DNA from: Nanopusillaceae archaeon
GTDB taxonomy: Archaea > Nanobdellota > Nanobdellia > Nanobdellales > Nanobdellaceae
Direction: 5' to 3'
NCBI GenBank assembly: GCA_049974095.1
Contig: JBMFJD010000003.1
Location: 30,001-62,000, forward strand
Length of the DNA stretch: 32,000 nucleotides
Shown: one piece after another, positions 11,141 through 19,134 of the stretch
Numbering within the stretch: the stretch's first letter is position 1
Layout: the number at the start of each line of letters is the position of its first letter
Program-made: the position numbers and the translations under genes
Notes under the pieces: generated by a model
Seen by the model: only the letters and a program-made list of their open reading frames with translations
Database searches by the model: none
Told to the model about the DNA's origin: nothing

Positions 11141-13399
11141 ATGTTATCTATCCAATTAAGAGAATATCAAAAAAATATACTAAATACTTGCTTAAAGGAT
11201 AATACTCTTGTTATATTACCAACAGGTACTGGAAAAACAATTATTGCATTTTTTCTAATTATAGAAAGATTAAAACAATATCCAAACAAGAAAATATTCT
11301 TCCTTGCACCAACAAAACCATTAACAAATCAACATTATCAAAATTTCATAAAATTTTTCCCAGAATATAAAGAAAAAAGCATATTAATCACTGGAGATGT
11401 TCAACAGGAGAGAAGAACATATTTATATAAACAAGCACAAATATTTTTTATAACACCACAAACATTGCAAAATGATTTAATCAATGGAAAAGTAACATTT
11501 TATGATACATCCACAATTATTTTTGATGAAGCACATAGAGCAGTAAAGAAATACTCATATACATTCATTGCAAAAAAATTTATCGAACAGGCAAAAGATG
11601 GAAGAATTATTGGATTAACAGCTTCTCCTGGTTGGAATATTGAAAGAGTACAAGAAGTAATAAATAATTTATATATAAAAAACATTGAAATAAGAACCGG
11701 AAAAGAAAAAGATATAGCACCATATATAAAAGATACTGAAATAGAAAAAATTGAAGTAGAATTAAATAATGAATTAAATCAAATAAAAGAATTATTGGAA
11801 AAAGCAATGCAAATTAGAATTGATAGAATAAAAGATTTAGATCCTTCAATAGAAATAAAAAAAGGAAAAAAATATATTTTAGAATGGATAGAAGAAATAA
11901 AGAAAAATCTTGAACTGAGAGAAAGAGATTATAAATTAAGAGAAATATTGGAAAATCTTGCAGAAATGCTAAAAATTGCGCACGCAATTGAAGTATTAGA
12001 AACTCAAACATTGTATACCTTTATAGAATATTTTGAAGATATAGAAAAAGATTTAAGAAAAACGAAAGCAGATTATGAAGTATTAAATGATATAAGAGTA
12101 AAAAAAGCAATAAATTTAGCAAAAGAATTTATAAATAAAAATATAGAGCATCCAAAGCTAAGTAAATTAATAGAAATATTAAAAGAAAATAAAGATAAAA
12201 AAATAATTGTATTTGCACAAATAAGAAAAACTCTTGATAGAATAAAAGAATATTGTGATAAAAATAATATAAATAGTAGAAAGTTTGTCGGAAAAAAAGA
12301 AATGAGTAGAACTGAACAAACAAAATTATTAAAAGAATTTTCTGAAGGAAAATTCAATGTTTTATTATCTACATCTGTTGGAGAAGAAGGTATAGATATA
12401 CCAAAAGTAGATATTGTTATATTTTATGAGCCTGTACCATCTGAAATAAGATATATACAGAGAAGAGGTAGAACCGGAAGGGGAGAAATAGGAAGAGTAA
12501 TAATATTAGTTACAAAAGGAACTTTAGATGAAAGATTTTTCTGGGTTGCAATAAAAAAAGAAAAAAAGATGCTTTTATTAATTAAAAGATTAAAAAAATA
12601 TCTTCAAATAAATAATAATATAGAAAATAACAATCAGATGACAACTGTAATGGAAAGAGAAAAAACAGAAAAAAATGAAGGAATAATTAAGTTTTTGTCA
12701 AAAAATACTAAAGATACTATTAAAGAAGAAAATAAAGAAGAAAACACAATAATTAATAAAAAATCTGATATAACAACTATAATTGCTGATTATAAAGAAA
12801 AAGAATCTGGAGTTATACAAACTTTAGCAAATACAGATATATTAATTAGATTAGAAAACTTAGATATTGGAGATTATATAGTGGGAGATTATATAATTGA
12901 AAGAAAGAATATTTTAGACTTTATAAATTCAATATTAGATGGAAGATTATATACTCAATTAGAAAAATTGAAAGATAAAAATTCTATATTAATATTGGAG
13001 GGTAGTGATGAAAATTTAGGGATAAATACAGAATTATCAAAAAATTATTTAAGAACATTAATATTAAAAATAATGCTAGAATATAGAATACCAATAATAA
13101 GAACTTCAGATTTTCTAGAAACAGCAAATTATTTATATCTATTAGCTAAAAATTATCAAAAATTCCCAAAAATACCTGAAAAAGTAAAGAATTTTGAAGA
13201 TCTAAATGAAGTAAAGCTAGAAATATTAAAAACAATTCCTGGAATTGGAGAGAGCTTAGCACTAAAATTATTAGAAAAATTTAAATCATTAAAGAATATA
13301 TTTTTAGCTCAAAAAACAGAATTAGAAAATATTGTTGGAGAAAAAAGATCTGAAAGAATAAAAAAGATATTTGAAGAAGAATATAAAAAATCAGATTAA
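11141..13399 (+). CDS. hef: Hef: SF2 helicase fused to XPF/ERCC4 nuclease and HhH2
   Basis: Helicase motifs LPTGTGKT, FDEAH, QRRGRTGRG. C-terminal nuclease IIADYKEKESGV...GDYIIERK. HhH IPGIGESLALKLLEKF. Confidence 0.92.
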   Translation: MLSIQLREYQKNILNTCLKDNTLVILPTGTGKTIIAFFLIIERLKQYPNKKIFFLAPTKPLTNQHYQNFIKFFPEYKEKSILITGDVQQERRTYLYKQAQIFFITPQTLQNDLINGKVTFYDTSTIIFDEAHRAVKKYSYTFIAKKFIEQAKDGRIIGLTASPGWNIERVQEVINNLYIKNIEIRTGKEKDIAPYIKDTEIEKIEVELNNELNQIKELLEKAMQIRIDRIKDLDPSIEIKKGKKYILEWIEEIKKNLELRERDYKLREILENLAEMLKIAHAIEVLETQTLYTFIEYFEDIEKDLRKTKADYEVLNDIRVKKAINLAKEFINKNIEHPKLSKLIEILKENKDKKIIVFAQIRKTLDRIKEYCDKNNINSRKFVGKKEMSRTEQTKLLKEFSEGKFNVLLSTSVGEEGIDIPKVDIVIFYEPVPSEIRYIQRRGRTGRGEIGRVIILVTKGTLDERFFWVAIKKEKKMLLLIKRLKKYLQINNNIENNNQMTTVMEREKTEKNEGIIKFLSKNTKDTIKEENKEENTIINKKSDITTIIADYKEKESGVIQTLANTDILIRLENLDIGDYIVGDYIIERKNILDFINSILDGRLYTQLEKLKDKNSILILEGSDENLGINTELSKNYLRTLILKIMLEYRIPIIRTSDFLETANYLYLLAKNYQKFPKIPEKVKNFEDLNEVKLEILKTIPGIGESLALKLLEKFKSLKNIFLAQKTELENIVGEKRSERIKKIFEEEYKKSD

Positions 13400-13669
13400 A
13401 CCTTTCTTATATAACCTCTTTGGATTAGATAATATTTTTATATCCCAATCTACTCCTAATTGTTTTGCAGCATCTATTAATTTATTTATATCTTCTACTT
13501 CCCATTTACATAAAGCAATTCCATTTTGTTCATCAAAATATAATTCCTTTAAATTTAGTCCTTCTGGTAATTTTTTATTTTTTGCCATTTCTATAACTTT
13601 ATTTAATGTCTCTTTTGCTTTATCTAATTTTTCTTTTGATGGTAAATGTATTATATAAACTTCAGCCAT
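13391..13669 (-). CDS. Small alpha/beta protein, DUF4242-like
   Basis: Track ORF is 13391..13720; the ATG at 13667-13669 (MAEVYIIH...) avoids overlap with the divergent gene. The pattern ...ELYFDEQNGIALCKWEVEDINKLIDAAKQLGV resembles the DUF4242 family. Its 3' end overlaps the hef stop by 9 nt. Confidence 0.45.
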   Translation of the reverse strand: MAEVYIIHLPSKEKLDKAKETLNKVIEMAKNKKLPEGLNLKELYFDEQNGIALCKWEVEDINKLIDAAKQLGVDWDIKILSNPKRLYKKGLI

Positions 13670-13702
13670 GGTATAAAAATTATCACAAAAATCTTTTATA
13701 TA

Positions 13703-14563
13703 ATGATATCTATAACCCACTGGGATATAGATGGTATTGGTTGCCTATCTTTATTATATAAAAAATTTGGAGATAATTTTAAGGTATATTTTTCTAGTCC
13801 AAGATTAATAAATAAAACATTATTGAAAGTTATTGAAAACAATGATAAGAATGAGGAATTATATATAACAGATATTGCAATAAATCAAGAAGCTATATAT
13901 TTATCTTCATATTTTAAAAAAGTATATTGGATAGATCATCATGAAACAGAATATAATGAATTAACTTCAAGAATATATGTTTATATAAAAAAGTATAAAT
14001 CCGCTACAAGAGTTTTATCAGAATTCTTAAATATAGAAATTCCTTTTTTAGATATCATTGATGATATTGATTCTGGAGAAATAAAAAATGATTTAGAGAA
14101 AGATCTATTAGATATGATAGTGGGAATAAGATATTTTTATCCAAAAACATTTGAAATATATTTTATTTCAATTGCAAAAAAACTATTAAATAATAATATA
14201 AAAAATATAATAGATTATGAAATAATTAGAAAATTTAGAAAAAAATTAAATGAAATATTCCTAAATCTAGATAAGAATATAAGAATAATAAGTGGAAAAT
14301 ATAAAATTTATTTAATAAAAATGAATGAAAATATACCATCCAATTATATTTTAGAATATATAAAAAATAACTTAAGAGATAATCCAGATTTTGTTATAAC
14401 ATTATATGAAAAATCTAAGAGAGGAGAAATCAGGACATTAAATAATAAAGATGTTAATATAATAGCAAAAGAACTAAATGCAAAAGGTCATAAATTTGCT
14501 GCGGGCTTTTCATATGAAAATGAAAATATTATTTATGACAAAATAGTAAAAATAAATATTTAA
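13703..14563 (+). CDS. DHH/DHHA1-family phosphoesterase (short NrnA/RecJ-like)
   Basis: Start chosen at ATG 13703 (MISITHWDIDGIGC = motif I DxD). ITDIA, WIDHHE (DHH motif), C-terminal GHKFAAGF (DHHA1 GGGH-like). Confidence 0.75.
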   Translation: MISITHWDIDGIGCLSLLYKKFGDNFKVYFSSPRLINKTLLKVIENNDKNEELYITDIAINQEAIYLSSYFKKVYWIDHHETEYNELTSRIYVYIKKYKSATRVLSEFLNIEIPFLDIIDDIDSGEIKNDLEKDLLDMIVGIRYFYPKTFEIYFISIAKKLLNNNIKNIIDYEIIRKFRKKLNEIFLNLDKNIRIISGKYKIYLIKMNENIPSNYILEYIKNNLRDNPDFVITLYEKSKRGEIRTLNNKDVNIIAKELNAKGHKFAAGFSYENENIIYDKIVKINI

Positions 14564-14600
14564 ACATAATACTTATTAAGATTTAATATAAATATTATAA

Positions 14601-15839
14601 ATGGTTACTGCAATTTTAGTTACAAATATAACATATGCAGATTATATAGTAGGAAATGTAGTAGGGAGTATATATCATTTGCCAGTATATTCAGTAAGAC
14701 AAGATTCATTTTCAATAAATCAAACAGTTCAAGAATTATTACAAAATAATGTAACAAATGTAATAATAATAGGAGGACCTGCAGTAATATCTAATTTATT
14801 ATTGCAGGATTTAAATCAATCTGGAATAAGTTATACATGGATCTGGGGAACTACTAGATATGATACATCATCATATGTAGCATTATACTTCTGGAACAAT
14901 TCTGATTCTGCAGTATTAATTACAAGAGATTTAGTAAATAAAAATGTTAAAGGAGATAGATTACAATTAGTAACAGAAGCTGTACAAACTGCAGAAATGA
15001 ATAAAATACCATTAATAATTGTACCAGATGGAGTATTAACATCTACAAATATCTATGCTTTACAAAAATTAAATATAAGTCATGTATATATATTTACAGG
15101 ATCTTCTGGAGAATTAGGAAATATTCCAGATCAATTAAATTCATTAAATATAACATATACAATATATACTCCAAATGTAACACCAGAGATAAATTGTCAA
15201 ACTACTGTATATGTAAATATAACTGAAAATACTTCTTGGGAAGATATTAGAGAAATATTTGTTGGAGAAGTACATGGTTTATGTTTTGTACCACAAGTTG
15301 TAAACCAACAAGTAAATATAACGGAAGAGAAGGAAGAGGTAGAAAATGAAACAAAAGAATTGTTTAGAGAATATAGAAATAATGAAATAAATACAACAGA
15401 TATTATATTAAAACATTTAAATAGAATGATAGAAACACAAGAATTATTAATAGATAAATTTGAAATATTATGTAATTATACGAACAATTCTTTACCAATA
15501 TGTTCTATGTTACCACAATTAAATCAATCCTTATATCAAACAATATTAGCATTGCAATCTGGAAATATATCAGAATTACAAGGATTATTCTCATTGCAAA
15601 ATAATTTATTAAATGAAGATTGGAAAGAGACAAGAAGTATTGGAGAAAGTTTTATAGAAAAAGCTGAAGGCGAAAACTATGAAAAAATAGAGAAAAAAAT
15701 AAGAGAGCATATGAACGAAGAAACAGAAAAAATAAAAGAAATTATTAATGAAACTAATAGCAACATAATTATTATAAATGAAAATGAAAGTATGGGCAAC
15801 TTCGGAAATAATTATACGGGAGGATTCCATTACCCATAA
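14601..15839 (+). CDS. Sequon-rich putative surface protein with CWB2-like repeats and coiled-coil/acidic C-terminal half
   Basis: In-frame TAA immediately upstream fixes the start. N-terminal half has two units of the pattern ..ILV....aDY/..VIIIGGPAVIS...L and ..IWGTTRYDTSSYVA..F.....AVLIT..., reminiscent of cell-wall-binding repeat 2. About 20 N-x-S/T sequons by hand count. Confidence 0.5.
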   Translation: MVTAILVTNITYADYIVGNVVGSIYHLPVYSVRQDSFSINQTVQELLQNNVTNVIIIGGPAVISNLLLQDLNQSGISYTWIWGTTRYDTSSYVALYFWNNSDSAVLITRDLVNKNVKGDRLQLVTEAVQTAEMNKIPLIIVPDGVLTSTNIYALQKLNISHVYIFTGSSGELGNIPDQLNSLNITYTIYTPNVTPEINCQTTVYVNITENTSWEDIREIFVGEVHGLCFVPQVVNQQVNITEEKEEVENETKELFREYRNNEINTTDIILKHLNRMIETQELLIDKFEILCNYTNNSLPICSMLPQLNQSLYQTILALQSGNISELQGLFSLQNNLLNEDWKETRSIGESFIEKAEGENYEKIEKKIREHMNEETEKIKEIINETNSNIIIINENESMGNFGNNYTGGFHYP

Positions 15840-15849
15840 TTTTTTATAG

Positions 15850-15898
15850 ATGAAGAAAAACTCATCGGCAGATTAATGAAGAGGGTCTTGAGCACAGA
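15850..15898 (+). ncRNA. Box C/D sRNA (2'-O-methylation guide) with variant boxes
   Basis: AUGAAGA (C) - 12 nt aaaacucaucgg - CAGA (D') - uua - AUGAAGA (C') - 12 nt gggucuugagca - CAGA (D). The exact 12-nt spacers and 3-nt loop are the canonical archaeal architecture. Locally GC-enriched in an AT-rich spacer. Starts about 10 nt after the upstream stop codon. Confidence 0.8.
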
Positions 15899-15907
15899 TT
15901 TTAAATA
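15899..15907 (+). promoter_or_regulatory. TATA-like element for the 72-aa membrane-protein gene (near-leaderless)
   Basis: ttttaaata lies 20-28 nt upstream of ATG 15927. This spacing is expected for an archaeal TATA box if the transcript is leaderless. Confidence 0.3.
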
Positions 15908-15926
15908 TTTTTTATAATTATTTTTT

Positions 15927-16145
15927 ATGGAAGAAGAATTATATGCAACAAAATATGAACTATACTTATCTTTGATTATAACAATAATTGTACTATTAAT
16001 AATTTTTACAACATTATATATAACTCCTGCTCCAAATCTCTATCCAATATCTCTCTTAATTATATTATTAATGATAATAATAGATACTTATGTTTATTTA
16101 TCATATAAAGGAAAGTTTCCTTTATATAAAGTTAAGAAAAAATAA
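15927..16145 (+). CDS. Small integral membrane protein (2 predicted TM helices)
   Basis: 72 aa. Hydrophobic stretches LYLSLIITIIVLLIIFTTLYI and ISLLIILLMIIIDTYVYL, basic C-terminus. Sits 6 nt upstream of the mutase gene. Confidence 0.5.
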   Translation: MEEELYATKYELYLSLIITIIVLLIIFTTLYITPAPNLYPISLLIILLMIIIDTYVYLSYKGKFPLYKVKKK

Positions 16146-16151
16146 TTTTTT

Positions 16152-17435
16152 ATGAGTGTATTCAAAGCATATGATATTAGAGGAATATATGGAAAAGAAT
16201 TAACAGATGAACTGATATATAAAATTGGATTAGCATTTGGAAAATATTTTGAAAATTTTGAAACAATCGGAATAATGAGAGATGTAAGAATACATTCTGA
16301 AAGAATAAGAAATATTTTAACAAATTCTTTATTACATACCCATAATGTTTTAGACTTTGGAATTGGATCTACACCAGAGGCACATTATATTGCAAAAGTA
16401 TATTCTATCCCAATATTAATGATTACTGCATCCCATAATCCCCCAGAATACAATGGAATAAAACCAATAAAAAATAATGGAGAAGATATTTCTACAGAAG
16501 AAATAAAAAAAATAGAGAAACTGACTGAAGAAGTTAAAAAACCATCAGAAATTGTTGGAAAAGTTGAAGAAGAAAATTCAATAGAATTATATAAATGGTA
16601 TATGAGAAAAAAATTTAAGGGATTAAATGGATTTAGAGTTGGTTATGATCCTTCAAATTCTGTTTTATCGTTGATGAAAGATATTTTATTAGATCTGGGA
16701 AATGATATAATATCAATAAATGATAAATTAAATGGAAATTTTCCATCACATTTGCCAGATCCATCAGTTGACGAAAATCTTAAACAATTAATAGAGTTAG
16801 TAAAGAATAAGAAATTAGATATAGGGTTTTCATTTGATGGAGATGGAGATAGAATTGGAATAGTTGATAATAACGGAAATATAATAAAAATGGATAAATA
16901 TTTAATACCATTTATTAGAGAAAATAGAAAATTTGTAATTGAAATTTCTTTACCAATATATATTAGAAAATTAATAGAAGATAAAAAAGGAAGTTATATT
17001 TTATCAAGAACAGGCCATACATTTATTAAAGAAAATTGTAGAAGATATGAAAGTTATATGGGAATAGAATACTCTGGTCATGTTTATTTTTCAGAAAATG
17101 ATTATATAGATGATGGATTATTCGCAGGTTTAATGCTATTAAAACAAATTAAAAATGGATTTGAAATAAATAAAATAAAAGTACCAGAATACAATATAAT
17201 AAAGAAAGAAATGCCAAAGAATGTTAATTTAATAGAAAAAGCAAAGGAATATGGAAAAAGAAATGGATATGAGTTAAATGATTTAAATGGAAATTTAGAT
17301 GGAATAGAATTATTAAAAGAAAATATTAGAATCTTAGTAAGAGAATCTCAAACAGAACCAATATATAGAATTATAATAGAAAGTTATGATAAAAATATTG
17401 ATATAAACAAAATATTTAATGATTTGACTTCATAA
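16152..17435 (+). CDS. Phosphohexomutase (phosphomannomutase/phosphoglucosamine mutase family)
   Basis: FKAYDIRG; active-site ITASHNPPEYNGIK; metal loop FSFDGDGDRIGIVD; C-terminal RESQTEP loop. Confidence 0.9.
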   Translation: MSVFKAYDIRGIYGKELTDELIYKIGLAFGKYFENFETIGIMRDVRIHSERIRNILTNSLLHTHNVLDFGIGSTPEAHYIAKVYSIPILMITASHNPPEYNGIKPIKNNGEDISTEEIKKIEKLTEEVKKPSEIVGKVEEENSIELYKWYMRKKFKGLNGFRVGYDPSNSVLSLMKDILLDLGNDIISINDKLNGNFPSHLPDPSVDENLKQLIELVKNKKLDIGFSFDGDGDRIGIVDNNGNIIKMDKYLIPFIRENRKFVIEISLPIYIRKLIEDKKGSYILSRTGHTFIKENCRRYESYMGIEYSGHVYFSENDYIDDGLFAGLMLLKQIKNGFEINKIKVPEYNIIKKEMPKNVNLIEKAKEYGKRNGYELNDLNGNLDGIELLKENIRILVRESQTEPIYRIIIESYDKNIDINKIFNDLTS

Positions 17436-17748
17436 TATCAAATGCTCTAATTTTTACTAATTCTTCTATTCTATCAGTTAATATATTTTCTGCCAATTTA
17501 TATTTATATTCTATATCTTTATATAATCTATATGCTTTATCTAATTCATTTTTTTCTACCAAATCTTTAAATATTTCTCTTTCTTGTATAATTTCATTTA
17601 ATAATTCTAATATGTCATCTTCTTTATAAGAAATTAATAATAATGCTTTAGCATCTTCATTCTCTATTTTTTTCAATAATTTTCTAGCATGTAATCTATA
17701 TAAATATAGAAACATAGTAATATTGTTAACCATTTTGTCTATCTTCAT
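17416..17748 (-). CDS. Hypothetical helical protein (110 aa)
   Basis: ORF downstream of tyrS on the same strand. Charged, predicted all-alpha. No motif recognised. Its 3' end overlaps the mutase gene by 20 nt. Confidence 0.4.
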   Translation of the reverse strand: MKIDKMVNNITMFLYLYRLHARKLLKKIENEDAKALLLISYKEDDILELLNEIIQEREIFKDLVEKNELDKAYRLYKDIEYKYKLAENILTDRIEELVKIRAFDIMKSNH

Positions 17749-17782
17749 AAATAATCATTATAAAAAATATTTATAAAAAGTA

Positions 17783-19054
17783 CTACCTTGTTATTCTAAC
17801 ACTATCCATTTCTTCCTTATATTTCTTCCCTGCCCCCTCATTAAAATATTTATATACAGGCTCCAGTTTTTGGGCTAACCAATTTCCAACAGCATTTTTT
17901 AAATCTAATGGATGAATTTTTCCCTCAATCCAATCTTTTCTTAGCTCCCACAATTTATCATATACTTTTCTTTCTCCAGTTTTTTGATTTATTATTTCAA
18001 ACTCTACTTCTTCAAATGAATATTTATATAAATCATTTGATTCTTTATTTGCATATTCATATATTTTTTCCCAATTTATTTTATTATTATTTTTTAATTC
18101 TTCATATAAATTATAATCAATCTTCTCTAATTCTTCAATTTTATATCCTTTTTCCAATAATATTTTTATTAATCCATAATTTTCTTGTCCTCTAAATATT
18201 AAATATTCTAATATTTCCCATATAGGATTAAATTCTGTTTCTTTTGCAGGACAAAATGCCTTCTTTATTTTTTCTTTTATTTCTTCTGGAGAATCATGTA
18301 CAAATATTGCAGAACCTGGAATAGATTTTGACATTTTTAATTCAGATAATTCTTCTTTTGCTTCTCTTTTATTTCCTTCTTTTAATTTTTGAAATACTTC
18401 ATATGATAATTGCAAATTTGTAATCAATTGATGATGTAGAGCAATTAATGGATAATTTATCTTATCTGCATATTCTATTGCAATAACATGAGCTTTTCTC
18501 TGATCTATTCCTGCATGAGCTATATTTACTTTTTGAAACATTATATCTGCTGCCTGCATTAATGGATAAATTAAATAAGAAGATGGTATAGATTCTTCTG
18601 CTTTTCTTCCCATAATTGTTATAGATCTTAAAACTCTATTTAATGTAGTATTTTTTCCAATTTTTATTACTTCCATCCAATAATCATTATTATATATCTC
18701 TGATGCCAATACAAATTTCACTTTTTCTGGATCTCCACCTAACGCTTTTATACTATGTTTTAATGCTTCAGAGAAATATCCTCTAGCTACTTTTCTAATT
18801 ATTTCAATATCTCCTCCTAATTTATTATTTATTATAGAATGCCAATCTGCTAGAAATATATTTGCTTCTCCAAAATTTAAAATATCTATTATTTTATATC
18901 CTGAAACAATTCCTGTTCCTAAATGTACATATCCAGAAATTTCATATCCAATATAATGTTTAAATTTCTCTATTTTACTTGCTTTTTCATCTCCTAATAC
19001 CTCTATACTTGGTTTTTTCCATAAAAGTAACCTTATAATTTCTTTATCCATCAT
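17783..19054 (-). CDS. tyrS: Tyrosyl-tRNA synthetase with lineage-specific insertions
   Basis: Start taken at MMDKEII (the track ORF extends to 19096). YIGYEISGYVHLGTG (HIGH-type), LADWHS, YPLMQAAD, KMSKS, DSPEEIKEKIKKAFCPA, HPLDLKNAV. Collinear with M. jannaschii TyrRS as I remember it. Confidence 0.88.
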   Translation of the reverse strand: MMDKEIIRLLLWKKPSIEVLGDEKASKIEKFKHYIGYEISGYVHLGTGIVSGYKIIDILNFGEANIFLADWHSIINNKLGGDIEIIRKVARGYFSEALKHSIKALGGDPEKVKFVLASEIYNNDYWMEVIKIGKNTTLNRVLRSITIMGRKAEESIPSSYLIYPLMQAADIMFQKVNIAHAGIDQRKAHVIAIEYADKINYPLIALHHQLITNLQLSYEVFQKLKEGNKREAKEELSELKMSKSIPGSAIFVHDSPEEIKEKIKKAFCPAKETEFNPIWEILEYLIFRGQENYGLIKILLEKGYKIEELEKIDYNLYEELKNNNKINWEKIYEYANKESNDLYKYSFEEVEFEIINQKTGERKVYDKLWELRKDWIEGKIHPLDLKNAVGNWLAQKLEPVYKYFNEGAGKKYKEEMDSVRITR

Positions 19055-19134
19055 AATATAAAATAATAAAAGAATTTGCCTTTTCAATACCGACAACTTA
19101 CCATTTCAAATAATTTTATTATAAAATTTAAAAA

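Noticed and set aside
9930-12357. Minus-strand track ORFs inside trm1, the 95-aa gene and hef (9930..10133, 10895..11095, 11500..11685, 11607..11807, 11814..12011, 12073..12357, 12129..12323)
   Set aside because: They are shadow ORFs antisense to motif-supported genes. Their F/L/I-rich low complexity is typical of the reverse strand of AT-rich K/E/N-rich coding DNA.
13371-13658. Track ORF 13371..13658 (+), 95 aa
   Set aside because: It is antisense to the DUF4242-like gene and overlaps the hef 3' end. It has low-complexity composition.
15609-15830. Track ORF 15609..15830 (-), 73 aa
   Set aside because: It is antisense to the acidic C-terminal part of the 412-aa gene and is a shadow ORF.
17908-18195. 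Track ORF 17908..18195 (+), 95 aa
   Set aside because: It is antisense to tyrS (the insertion region) and has low-complexity L/F/I composition.
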